Assembly: GCF_009914755.1 (NCBI RefSeq)
Contig: NC_060944.1
DNA from: the human T2T-CHM13v2.0 reference genome, Homo sapiens
Reading direction: 5' to 3' (one strand)
Length of the DNA stretch: 64,000 nt
Translations under genes and position numbers: made by a program
The notes under the pieces: model-generated
Seen by the model: only the letters and a program-made list of their open reading frames with translations
The model's database searches: none
What the model was told of the DNA's origin: nothing
In this document: in pieces, positions 26,440 to 39,336 of the stretch
Layout: every line of letters begins with the position of its first letter
Numbering within the stretch: the stretch's first letter is position 1

Positions 26440-29400
26440 AATGGAAACTAGAAACTACAATGACATGCAAAAACATGATGAATCTCACAAATGTAATATT
26501 AGAGAAGGTATGAAAGCATATATTATTTATTATATAATCTCATATATCAAGTTCAAAAAGCAGGAAAAAAATTAACATTTAGAAAGGCTTGTTTAGGTGA
26601 TAAAATGATAAAGAAGACCTAGGTACTGATCACTGTGACAGTCAGGGTTTTGATTAAACTTTGGTGATTGGAGAGGAGATACTGCCGGGAGGGGGCCATG
26701 AGAGGGCTGCCTGGCTGGATGGTTATCATAAAAATATATAGTTTCTGTATTTGCATTTGGTTATTTAATTGATATCTCTATATTTTGTCTGTGTTTCTAT
26801 ATATTTGTCGCAATTTTATAAAATTGTCTAAAAGAGGAAGAAAGAAAAAGAGGAAATGAGGAAGGGAATGAAGAAAGGAGGAAAGAAAAGAAGCATCAGT
26901 GGCAGAGGTTGTAAAACTAGATTATAGCTAGAAGAAGGAAGAGTTGCACATTAGCCTGACTCCATAAATACCACTCAAAAACTAAAAATCCCAGTGTTAT
27001 GGATTCTGACAATATGTTACCTTTCAGAATATCTCTGAAAAATTGTACAATAATCACAAATAGAATTAAATAATAATAAAATTAAAAGAAGATACCTTAC
27101 TTTCTAAATTTCCCAAAGAGATCACATGACAGTATACTCAGCAATGCAAATAATAACAATAACTAGCAGTGTAACAAAAGCCTCATGTATCAAATAAGAT
27201 GACAGAAACACAAGCAAATGCTTATAACAGTAAGTGTAATTAGGTTACTTTAATAAGTGTAAAAGCCACTCAGATTGACTTAAACTCAATAAAAAGGTAA
27301 AGCTTTAAAAGTATAAAGTTAGAAAAATGTATATTTGAGAAAGGAGCATCAAAAGAAAACATGAAGAACTACTTCTATTTGAACCAATCTATTCGGTTAG
27401 AAGTCTAGCAAAAAAATCTCCAGTGACAAAGAGTTGGTTATTTGATATTGATAACAATTTAAATTCCTGATGAAATATAATAGTGATGGGGCTTTTTGTG
27501 TCAGATGATATGGCAAGATACAATACAAATAAAAACCTGTTGAAAATGCAATGAGGAGTTCCCAGATACAATATTATTAGTCAATGACAGAACAAATAGA
27601 CTACGGATGACATGGACTGTTTGAAAAATGTACTTAGCAGGGTAGTCCTTGCTATAGGAATAGACAGGCTGATCAATGAAACAGATGAAAGAGTTCAGAA
27701 ACAGACCCAAGTAGATCTGGGATTTCAGTACATATTCTGGCCGACATTTCAAAGACAGATGACTCAATCAATGGCATTAAAACAACTAGTTGGCCATTTG
27801 GGAAAATAAACTGAATCCCAACCTCATTCCTTTCACCAACATAAATTCCAGAAGGAGCAGAGATGAAACATAGAAATGAAACTATAAAAATACTAGAGTA
27901 AAAGAACCAAAGGTTATTATTCAGCACTAAAAAGAAATGAGCTATCAAACCATGAAAAGACATGTAGGAAACTTAAATGCATATTACTAAGTGCAAAAAG
28001 CCAATGTGAAAAGGCTACATATTGTATGAATCCAATTATATGACATTCTGGAAAGGCAAAACCATGGACACAATGAAAAGATCAGTGGTGGCCAGGAGTT
28101 GTGGGGGTGGGGAGGGATGAATAGGAGGAGTACAGAGGATCTTTAGGGCATTGAAAATACTCTGTATAATGCAGTAATGGTAGATACATTTCATTATACA
28201 TTGCCAAAACCCATAGAATGTACAGTTCCAAGAGTGAACCTTAATGGAAGTTATAGACTTCAGTAGGAGTTACATGGGATATCTCTGTACCATCCTCTCA
28301 ATTTTGCTGTAAACCTAAAACCACTCTACAAAAATAGTATTTTTAAAAAACAACAAAATAAAACAATTACAGGCTGTTTTTTTAACTGTGAGCACATACT
28401 TGCAGACACAGGATGGTATGCATATGTTATGAAATGCAGGCATACACATATCTGTAATGTGTGTGCATATGTCAGTATATTGCATAAAAGAGGAAAATAA
28501 CAAAATTGTAATAGATAAATGTTGACATAATGAGTAAAGGTTATAGTGAAATTAAAAATGAAAACTAGTGGGAAAATATTCTCACCCAAATGACAACAAA
28601 AGAGCTAATTTTTTTATTTGAAAAAAAAGTGTGTGTGAACCAGTAAGAAAAAACATAAACAATCTAAGAGCAAAACGGACAAAAGACTCCATTATAATTC
28701 ACAAAAGAAGATATACAGTCATTATAAATATGAAGAGATGCCCTATCTCTTTATTATATAAATAAATGCAAATAAAATAGTATCTTCTCTTTTTGAACTA
28801 GATAAGATTAAGTGGAGTTGAAAGTACACAAAATTAGTGGAAATAGGGTTTCCAAACACGCTCGCATAATATTCGTGGGAGACTGAAAGGCATAACCTCC
28901 TCATCAGCAATTTTGGGAAAACCTAATAAAAGGTAGAATGTTCATACTTTGATGGAAAAATTATGCCTCAGAGATTTATCCTAAACTAACACCCACCCAG
29001 AGTATGGAGATATTTATTTACTGAAATGTTCATTGCAATATGATGTTTAATGGCAAAAAAAAAGTGTAAACACCTGAAAGCTCACCCATAACGTGGAATA
29101 TTATGTATCTTTTAAAAACAAGATTTCCAAATTAATTGTAATGACAGAGGATGATGCTTACTAAAATATGAAATAAAAAAGCAGGACTCAAAGTGTAAAT
29201 ATGTTTTGATCCCAGGATATATTTACATATTTTTGCATATGTCTGCATCTGTGTGTGTATACACACATACAAGAGAAATATGACAACTCACAATATTAAA
29301 ACTGGCTATCCCTTAGTTATAAAATTATCCACAATTCTCAATGCTTATATGCATTTTTAGCGTATCCATAAGGAAATTGCATTTCTTTTGTAACTACAAG
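26440..29400 (+). mobile_element. Old L1 ORF2/3'UTR fragments including an L1MC1-like 3' piece (~27915-28350)
   Basis: aaatgagctatcaaaccatgaaaagacatg...ggaaaggcaaaacc...cccatagaatgtaca; degenerate ORF2-like peptide at 27612-27809. Confidence 0.62.
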
Positions 29401-31641
29401 GCAAAAAATAATTTTTAAAAATAACTTACAATAGGAAAGTAAGTTTTATTGGCTCTAAGAGAAAACCAAGGATGTCTAGAAGATAATCAAATTCACACTA
29501 ATCTAGGCTTAACTTTTGTTCTTAATCTGGGATATTTTTAGAAATTTTTATAAAAGTACAGTTTTGAATATTAGCAGCAATCAACTTTCAAGTTTAACAA
29601 AAAGACACAATTTACATGATTTCTTCAACACAAGCATCAAAGAAACAGTCTTTGTTCTTAAGAAAACTTGAGCATCTAATAATCTGCAAGCAATAAAATT
29701 ATATTGTTGTTGCTATTGTTCAGAAACAGTCCATTTACAAAGTGAGTTCAGGTTTATCCCCTAGAAATGCTTCATTCTAGACTGATGTCCCCAGACCAAT
29801 TTTTATGCAAATTAATTAAAGCTAAAGCATTAGCTTGAGCCAAACTTAATTACCAAGGCTCCAAGAAACAATCATGTGATCTATTTCTAAAGAAAAGCGA
29901 CTGGATTTTTGGATTATCTGTTCTAATGGTCCCCTCCCATAAGTATGGCTGATTGAGTTCACTGTATGAAAAATATATACATAAACTGTGGAATTCTTTG
30001 TGTTCTTTTGTTTCCTCAGCCAGGAGGGATTAGGGCAGAGGACAGTGGGGAGAATTCAACTAGTCCGAATGTGAAGAGGGAAACATAAAGCTTGCCCCCA
30101 TGGGGCCAAGAAAGCAGGATGGAATGTGAAAGGTCTGCATGCACTGAGGAGAAAGGCAGATGGGCTGGAAGCCCTGGGAGGAGTCATTAACACACAGCAG
30201 GCCTGGGTGCAGTGCAAGGCAGTCAGGCATACCTTGTCTTTGTGCAATACGCCAAAGCCTGCCTCGTTTTCAAAGCTGGACACCTTGTTTTGTTTCTTCC
30301 CCCATTTTTAATTAACTTTATTTAAGAAAAATGAGAAAAAAAATTCTATTTCAAGAAAAGATTGTCAAAATATGTAAAGCACACAGGTGAAACAGATCAA
30401 GAGTAGAGACAGGTTTAGAGGGCAAGGAAGAGAAATATTCCAAGAGATATTTGAAATAGCACTTTATCCTCAAAGTGAAGGGTCAAGCCTTACAAGTCAC
30501 AGAAACTCCCTGGTGTTCATCAACAGACTCAGGTTGCCACCTCAAGCAGGCCCACCTTTTCAGCAGTGCCCCAGGCTCTATTAAATGGGGACCTGCTCAT
30601 TCTTGATTGAATTCCTCTGAAAATTTATCAAGTGGAGCACTGGGACCAGGGGACACACAGGAATACAGATTTTGGCCTTTTCCCCTCTCTGGATGCTCTA
30701 CTCTTTCCCTTCATGATATAGACGAAGCCAGATCACAAATAGTACGTTAAAGGTCCTTGCAATGACCTGGTGCGATGATTAGGTTCAATGGCCAGTTCCC
30801 TATAGCAACAGTGATAGAGAATGAAGCTCACTCAGTAAACAAACAGTGAAGGTTCCCTCTCAGTATCATCCACCCAATAAACAAACGTCAATGTGACTGG
30901 AAACTTCATCTGAAGACATAGCTATGAACCTAGGAGATTATCTCGTTCCACAGCCTTTTTTCTTTTCAATAGATGATGAAATTAAAGGTCAAAGAGGTTG
31001 TGATTTGCCTAAAACATCCAGTTATCTTTATTCCCATTCCAGGGTTCTCTGCAACAAATATAATGTGTGGAGTGCTTAGTAGCATACAAGACTTTACCTT
31101 GTTGTTAAAGGATGCAAGAGAAAGTAAGTTATAGTCCTTAATAACTATTTACAGACCTTGATGAGTACTCTAATACAGGTCCAATTAAATAGACATTGAT
31201 TGATGACTTCTTATTAAATGGGTGCTGGGCAGGAAAATATGAATAAAACAAAATTTCTCTCTTAATCTGGTAAGAGAGACAAAGACAGACACAACTACAT
31301 CACGGTGTGATCAGGATCTGGATGGTAATTAGGAAAATTCATGTGTATATATCTAAAGAGTCATAAAGATATACACTTAAGGTTTGTACATTTTACTATA
31401 TGCAAGTAGATCTCAATTTTAAAAGCTAAAAAGCAAAATAAAGACATTTCCAGGCAAAACAAAAAGAAAAGAGGGATTGTAGTCAGGTAGAGCTGGTTAT
31501 GATTCTTGAAAGCAGAACTGAGATCACAGCACTTACTTTCCAGAGGTAATGTGATGATTAGAGATTACGTGTGAAGTATCTAGGGACAGTCTGGCATTTT
31601 TATGGGATCAATAATTTGCAGATTCACTTACATCTTCTAGG

Positions 31642-32171
31642 CCAGTGCTTCTCAAGGTTTAACTTGCATGCAAATCACATGGACATCTTGTTATACAATG
31701 CAGGCTCTGATTCTGTAGGTCTGTGATGAGGCCTGAAATTCTGCATTTTTGAAAAGCTCCCAGGTAATTCCAGTGTTGCTTGTCCATGGACCATACTTTT
31801 GTTAGGGACAAGCTGCCCCAGGACCACCCCCCTCCCCAAAAACAATGCAGCTGACCCTTACTCCGAATATTCTGCAGCTGCATTCCTGGACCCTTATCTA
31901 GGCACTACAGCAAGGTCGCCAGACTTGCTTACAGCCCTCCGGGTGGCATGGGGGAGGTCATGAGAAACGTGGATAAACCTAAGTTACACCCTCTTGTAAA
32001 TTCCTATATTGTAAGCTGGTCACGAGATGATATGTGGTAAAGTTAACCGACAAAGAACCCCAGGGTCTCTCTCCACCATATAAACCCCTCATTTTGTAAG
32101 TTCAGGGCTGCCTCCGCTGACTGTGGTGGAGCAGCCCAGCAGGCTAATAAACTTACTCGCCTGACCTTGGG

Positions 32172-32202
<31 letters not shown>

Positions 32203-32238
32203 CTTTCTCTGAGCTAACCTTACAACTTTGAGTGGCAA
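31642..32238. mobile_element. MER5A, split by an LTR
   Basis: cagtgcttctcaagg...ctgattctgtaggtctg...ggaccatacttt|gagtggc resumes after the LTR. Confidence 0.72.
31800..32224 (+). mobile_element. ERV solo LTR, 425 bp (LTR3/HML-6-like; family tentative)
   Basis: TG...CA termini, perfect ACTTT TSD, TATAAA 32079-84, AATAAA 32146-51, (CT)n in U5. Confidence 0.8.
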
Positions 32239-32729
32239 TGGGGAAGAATGAGGATGAATGGGTTTTTTCAAAAGTGGAAAGGTCTTGATCAAGTTCAAAT
32301 TTTAAAAGGCCTTTCTGCTATCAAATCACAAAATAGAATATAGGAGAAGAAAATGAAAGATCCAAGAGACAGATGATATATCCCTAAATGAGGAAAGAAG
32401 GCAGGAGACTAGAAAGTGGGAAAACCGAAATATTTTGCAGAACCATAAAGATGGCATTTCATTAAACGTCAGGAGTGATGGAAGAAAATAATCAAAAACA
32501 GCTTGAGGTTTTTATATTCAATGATCAAATAGATAAACATGCTTTAGTTTTAATTATTTTATTGGATCCTTTTGATTAAAATTGAGCTCAGGAGGAGTGG
32601 ATATCACACAAAAAACATAATTTTTCCCTTATCCAGGTCATGCTAGCAGAGAATGAATCAAGGGGAAGTAGTATCATGGGCAGTTTAAAAATAATTGTAT
32701 CAGAGAGGAAACTGTAAGATGAGGGGTTA

Positions 32730-33118
32730 TATAAGTCAGCTTTGCTGCAGTAACAAATAACCCCAACAGTCTCACTGGGGGCTCAACAACAAAGGCTGGT
32801 TGTGTCTCTACTTAGCCCGGGTTGGCTGTGTTCCACATGCTTTCCGTTCAGGATCTAGACGAAGGAACATGGTTTATTAGGAGCAAAAGAGCTGCAGGCA
32901 ACATACAATGGATCTTAAGGCTTCTGCTTGGTTGCAGTACACATGATGTCTGTTCCAGTGCCATTTCTAAACAAGTCACATGAACAGGCCTGTGTCAATG
33001 TGGTGGGAACATACACTTGTCCCACAAGGGCTGCTGCGTGTCACATTGTCACAGACAGGGAAATATAATCCTCTTTTAGGAAGAAGTAGAGACAAGTTGA
33101 AACCATAATGCCACCACA
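32730..33118 (-). mobile_element. Old MaLR LTR (MLT1I/J-like)
   Basis: agtcagctttgctgcagtaacaaataacccc...aagtcacatg. Confidence 0.55.
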
Positions 33119-33989
33119 GGGATGGACTCAGGCAAAGAGTCCAAGCTCCTCTGAATCTGCTTTGCACCTATAACCAACCCTAGCTCTAGAATGTTTTTTA
33201 AAAAATTCCATAGTTAAGTATCCTCAGCACAAAATCTTTCATTAGCCCGAGGCAAAATGGCCAGATTTCAATTTCCTCTCTTAATGAGCACTTAAATGTT
33301 TTAAATGCTACAGGGGAGGGTAGGAGGAGAAGCCAAGGGGTGTGGAAGAAAAACCATTACTAGATAATCAACCTAAAAGTAATCAAGAGTTGGCTGAATT
33401 CTCTCCTGACCTTTGCTGTATTTAGTATGTGTCCTAAGAGAATGGTTGAGCTGTAGCAGGACGAGCCGCAGACAAAACTTCTCAGACACCAAGTTGTAGA
33501 AGGAAGGGCTTTATTCAGCTGGGAGCATCAACAAGCTACTGCCTTAAAATCCGAGCTCCCCGAATGCACAATTTCTGTCCCTTTTAAGGGCTCACAACAC
33601 TAAAGATTTCACATGAAAGGGTCGTGATTGATTTGAGCAAGCAGGGGGTACGTGGCAGGGGCTGCATGCACCGGTGGTCAGAGTGAAACAGAACAGGGCA
33701 GAGAGTTTCACAATAGTCTTCTATACAATGTCTGGAATCTATGAATAACATCGGTTTCTAAGTTATGAGTTGATTTTTAACTACTGGGTTTAGGCCAGGC
33801 AGGCCCAGGCCTGGTTTCGGGCCTGGTGCAGGGCTGCCTGTCTTTGATTTTACTTCCTTGTTTTTTTCTTAAAACAGGTACTGAGTATAAAACAATATAA
33901 AGCGATATGGGAGGGTCTCTCTCTTCCCTCATTTCCCCCTTTTGAGACTCTCACTTTTTCTTAGTGGGAGTTCTCACTCTTATTTTTGC

Positions 33990-36033
33990 TACTTATTTTT
34001 TTTGTTCAATAGATTGATAGTGATTCATATAGTACACTTGTGCTGAAGCATTTTGGTGAACTAAGGTAGCGATGAAGATTTTTTATCATTTAAAGAAGCA
34101 CAGGTAGCAAACAAGGGAGCAGTAAGCAGGTTTTTATTACTATTATAACTCCTATTATAAGAGTTTTAAGTCCTCTTAGTGCTGGGAACCACCTTCTAAA
34201 CATGGCTTTAGGGTTGAATCTGTGCTACACTTGTACAGGCACATGTGTCAGTTTTGTCATATTTTTAACTATGTCTTTAACTACTTGCCTTTGATTATCT
34301 ATGTGTAGACAGTAATTAGTAAGGTTAAATTTCTTATAGACTTCTCTTTTAGCTGCTAGCAAGTACTTGAGAGCTAATCCATTTTGATAGATAGCATTTC
34401 TTATCTGAGTTTTTTGCCGGGCCAGAATAGTAAAGGCTTGACCGGTTTTATTAGTGATGATTTCTAAAACAGCTTGCAACCGTATGACTCTGTTGAGCAG
34501 GTAAATGGGGGTCCAGTATTCCTATGAGCCATCTTGTGTCTAAGTGGCAGGCCTATAGTATTGTATAATTTTGTTTTTAGTGGGCCATTTATCATCTTTT
34601 TAATTACTTATGGCTATGCTTCGTTTCCCGCAGGAAGCATAGACAGGGAATGCCTAGGAGTTCGCCTGTTTTTATGGGCAGTAAAAAGAAAGATGGTTTA
34701 ATGGTGCCAATAACACAACTACCTGTCCACTGGTCAGGCAGCTTAGCGTAGGCTCTATGTCTACATATCCAGTATAACCTGGTAGGGTCAGGCTAGTCCT
34801 GGTGGAATTCTGGGTGGGCCTAGACAGTCTGCAACCTTGGAAATTTATTGAATAGATCTCTTTCTGTGTAATTGGAACTCCACCATGTAACTGTTTTTTG
34901 CGGTATCGTTATACAGTTTTTGCTTTAGACAACTAAGTCATCTTACAGAATGAGTGAATTCTTTTCCTGTTTTTGTTGTTGTTGTTGTTGTTTTTTAGCT
35001 ATGCAATAATTGAGACTTTTAGAACTTAGAAATGATCAGGGTGATTCTTTTGGGCTGAGAATCCATCAGGAACTGGGTCTGTAGGCACTAATTCTCGGGC
35101 TTCTTATGGCCATTGATCTCTTATTACAGTTTTTCTACAAACATAACATGAAGTGATATTTAGAGACTGGGTTACATGCCCAGCTAATTGCAAAAAACAA
35201 ATTTTTAGTCTTTCCTGGAATCTTAGGTACTGGCACATTTAGTTCATCCTAGAAAGTCTGAAATACTGGTTCTGGAGAGCGTCTTTGAACCTCCTTTCTT
35301 ATTAGGCTGTTTATGCTAGGGTCTAGTCTTTTTCTATCAATGCCTAATGATACATATTGTTTTTTTAATTTTATTTTGGGTCTGAGGGGTTTGTGATGAC
35401 TAATTCTAAAGGGTTACAGTTCTCACTCGTGCAGGAGGGGCTGACTTTTCTTTTTTGAAGCCTAACAGGATCTTTTTAATCTTCTGTTCAAGTAGCCTAA
35501 ATGACACAAGACCAGTATTGACACATTTTACATAAATATGATTCTTGACAGACATACTTTTTTTTTTTGCTGTGTAATTTTTTTTCCCTCATCAGAGAAC
35601 CGCATCTTATTCTATGCTGCTTACTATCAATAGCAGCACAAGCGTCAAATTTTAAGGTTACATTTTTGGGGACCTCTCTTTCTTCTGTTCTAGCTATTAC
35701 TTTACTTGTGTCACCTAGAAAAGGACTAGTCCTTAATCTTACTTTAAAGACTGTGATCATGGGGGGTTCAGAGGGGTCATAGCACACATCGGGCAGGTCA
35801 CTTCCTGGATTACATACTTTGTGCTGAGTGTTATTGTACAAACAAGTTCTTTTTGGAGTTCCTAGGCATTTATAATAACTATAAAATAATAGGACTGTAG
35901 CAATCTTTTGTCTCACTTCAGTGATTTGATGTATATACTGGGAACAGTTCTCAGTCTGAGGAAGGTCAGTTGAAGTCTTTACTGTACAAGTCTAAATTTT
36001 AAGGAAAATGAGTCCTGCAATGAGTTTCTTCAT
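33990..36033 (-). pseudogene. env: env remnant (SU and TM), disrupted
   Basis: Starts MKKLIAGLIFLK at 36033; Cys-rich SU (ORF 35497-35916); TM LQAVLEIITN...RNAIYQN.LAL.YLLAA; many stops. Confidence 0.87.
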
Positions 36034-36163
36034 GCTTCGGCCATGTGTGGACCAGTCAGCTTCTGAGTGTGACTGGAGCGGGGCTTGTCGTCTTTTTCAG
36101 AGTCACTTTGCAGGGGTGGGTGAAGCTGCTCCTATCCACGTACAGCTCCTAGTCTACTGATGT

Positions 36164-36660
36164 TTAAGGGTGGTCTTGGAGGTTGGGCCTACTAGAGTAA
36201 ACTGAGTCTAACACCTCTACACAGTTTATGTTAAACTGGGCTCTCTGATACCAGGAGTAAGGTGGCGGGGTTAGGGTGTTGCAAACTTCAATGGTTATGT
36301 AGGGATTTTTACAGAGCAAGATTTGGTATGTAGTTAGTCTAGCATTCATTAGCTAATGGTGTCCTTTGGTATTTATTAAAATCACCACAGCATGGCAGGA
36401 CTTTATGTTTAGGTTTTGCCTAAGAGTTAGCTTATCTGCTTCTTGTGCTAACAGGGCCGTTGCTACCAGGGCGCTTGGACGTGGGGGCCATTTGGAAACC
36501 TCGTCTAGTTGTTTTGAGAGATAGGCCACTGGCCTTGGCCAGGGCCTTACAGTCTGGGTTAAAACTTCAACTGCCATTTTTTCTCTTTCTGACATATAGA
36601 GTGTAAAGAGTTTTGTCAGGTCAGGTAGCCTCAGGGCTGGGGCCAACATGAGTTTTTCTT
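36164..36660 (-). pseudogene. pol: pol remnant (RT connection/tether region)
   Basis: APALRLPDLTK...VLTQT.RPWPRPVAYLSKQLD...ADKLTL; stops and frameshifts. Confidence 0.85.
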
Positions 36661-38519
36661 TTTAACTCATGAAAAGCTCGTTGCTGTTGGTTGTAATAGA
36701 TGTAGTTTATCTAATCTACATTTTTATTGACTGTCATCTACTAAAATATTGACTTAAATCCTGTAACTATTTGATTTCAAGCTTTAAATTGATCTGGTAT
36801 TCCTTGTGGGGCTCCAATTGCATCTAAATAGATGTGAGAGTTGAAAGACCTATAAGGGGCTTCTCTGGCTTTACGATGTCTTATTTTTTGTTTTTCCTCT
36901 GGTTGATGAAATGCCAGGGTGAAAGGGATAGCCAAATGGACTAAAGCACAAGTGCCACTCTAGTTATTCAGCAGAGTGCCCAGTAAAGGTCCACCACAAT
37001 ACCACCACACATCTGCTTGGGGATGAACAACGGCTGACTGATTGATAAGCTCTTGAAAATTCTTAAGCTTACTGCATCCCTTCAGGTCTCCAAGGAATGC
37101 TAAGTCTCCTCCTTGCTGTGAGAGACACAAAGTGAACTTAGTGTTGGGAGACAGAAGCTGGATGGACCTCAGGTGCTGATCTGCAGGGACTTTGGGATAT
37201 AGCAGAGAGAGCTTGGCATGATTTATTACTCCAGGCTGTAGAATCTCAGAAAAGAGCTACCACGCAGCCTACGCCTGGTCGACTGGAGGACCACCTTAGT
37301 GGAAGGGGGACAATTAGGGCCTCTGGCCTGCCATGTGCACAATCATAACAATTGCTTTTGTTTAATGTGCAGATGGAATATTTGATCCATTTCAACCAGG
37401 CATTTGCATTCTTGGTATGCTGTCTTAATTGCCAAAGTTTGTTTTAAGTCTTTAACTTCTATGATCCTTTAGTAAAATGAATGTTTCCTTTAACACCTAT
37501 TTTTATTAGTTTTTAGACTAAAGAAAGCTAAATACTATTTTATATTTAATAATGTTTCTTGTATGATTTTTATAGTAGATAAGTTAAATTTTACTTTTAT
37601 ATTAGTGTGTTATTAATGTTAAACTTAATTTTAATAAAACCTTGTAGACATATTTATCTAATTTTTTATGTTTGACCATAAGGTAAGATTTTATAGACTT
37701 TTTTAATAATTTTTGTTAAAGAGCAGGTTGATGCTTTAAGAAAAACCTGTTGCATTTTTACTTTAATGTCCAGTTCACAGAAAAACTGGGTGATATCTTT
37801 TTAACTTTAGCTAATATGTTTACACACAGAATTTTCTTTACAATTAACGTTTTAAAACTTGCTTAAATTTTTAAAACAATAATTTTTTTAACTTTTAATG
37901 TAGGTAAAAATCCACATTTTTATGTCCTTTTATAATTTTTTTACTAAAGGTATATTTTACTTTTCTTATACACCTTGCACATAAACTGTTTCTTTAATGG
38001 TACTCAGGAGGCCTTATTACTTTTAAATTATACAACATTTTTTGCATAAATTTTTTTATAACATTTTTTCTTTCACGACTTTTGCAGACAATTTTTCAAC
38101 ATGTCTTAACTTTTTGACTTATTACATTTTTTTCTTTAAACAACTAGTTAATTTATTTCAGGACAAGAATTTACTATATAACACTCTTTTTACATAAATT
38201 TTGCCTCCCCCCCCCGCCCTTCTCTTTTTTAAAGCGAACTTTCTTTATGTCTTTGGACTAGACTGTCTAAGGCCACAAGATTAGAAGTTACTATAATACA
38301 TGTTACACTGTTAACTTTTAGCAAACTTCACTTTTGTTGAAAACCTTGTAAGTTTGGGATTTCAATTATCCTTTGCTATTAATAAGATCTTGTTTAGTCT
38401 GAATTAACTTAGAATTGGTATAGATGGCCTCTTTTTCTCTCTGCTGGTCTTTCCTTGCCTCTGCCAGCCACTTATGCTGCTGTTCTCTTAACTGCTGTTG
38501 GGGGGAAGGGGGTCTAAAA

Positions 38520-38765
38520 CTAGCTGTAACTGTCTATGTACGGAAACTGGCCTGGGTGCCTTGGCTTACAGGTTACCTTGTGCCATACTTTTGAAACAAG
38601 GGACCTGTCCAGGCTTCCTTCTGATGGCCAACCTACCTCTAATGCTGGCCAGTCTATTTCACACAAAGTTCTAAGTTTTCCTGGTGTCACAGTAACACCG
38701 TAATCTCCTTTAAATTCTTTCTTGAAATTTTTTAACATAGTTCCTAGTAGGGTGGGCTTACTTAC
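38520..38765 (-). pseudogene. gag: gag matrix remnant
   Basis: SKPTLLGTMLKNFKK...KLRTLCEIDWPALEVGWPSEGSLD...HPGQFPYID is gammaretroviral matrix; native start lost and truncated. Confidence 0.85.
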
Positions 38766-39318
38766 ACCGGACCTGTTTTTGTTTTTGTTTTTTCTCCTGA
38801 GACAAAATACCATGCTCACACCACACACACTCACCACAAGACAAAGAACGGGTATGGAGGGCACACACACACTTTTACCATTTATAGTAAACCAAAATCA
38901 CGAAATTCAAAATCCGAGTTCCAAAAGATTCAAGACAAGTCAAAACGAAAACCAAAGTATCTAGCAATTCAAGTCAAGTCAAAACCAGAACAAAAGTGCC
39001 AATGCAGGCACACCGTGGGTGATCAGGCCACTCTTCCACTCAGATGGAGTGGGGCAAGTTCCAAAGACTAGTCTTACCAAGTTTCAGATGTCCGGACTCC
39101 AAGTGCCAGTTCCTTCCCAGTGTTCAGCCACTGTGTTAATCCTCCACGGGGGCCTGCTACGCGCTGCTCTGGCAAGGCGTTCCACTGGGGCAATTTCCTA
39201 CCCGGGAGTGCTCTTTGGATCCTGTCACTCAGGCTGGCCGGAGTCCCCCGCAGGATGCTCCACAGGGCAGGCCTAAGCCGCCTAAGGGGCTGCCTCGGCT
39301 GTCCATCAGTTACCTCGT

Positions 39319-39336
39319 TTCCCCGTCAGGGAACCA
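39319..39336 (-). promoter_or_regulatory. Primer-binding site for tRNA-Glu, followed by the proviral splice donor
   Basis: Minus strand TGGTTCCCTGACGGGGAA, 17/18 complementary to the tRNA-Glu 3' end; GAG|GTAACT donor at 39313-39312. Confidence 0.88.

Noticed and set aside
35497-35916. 139-aa Cys-rich ORF as a co-opted envelope gene
   Set aside because: Only an SU fragment with a non-ATG start; the env frame has multiple stops and frameshifts and a destroyed TM cysteine loop.
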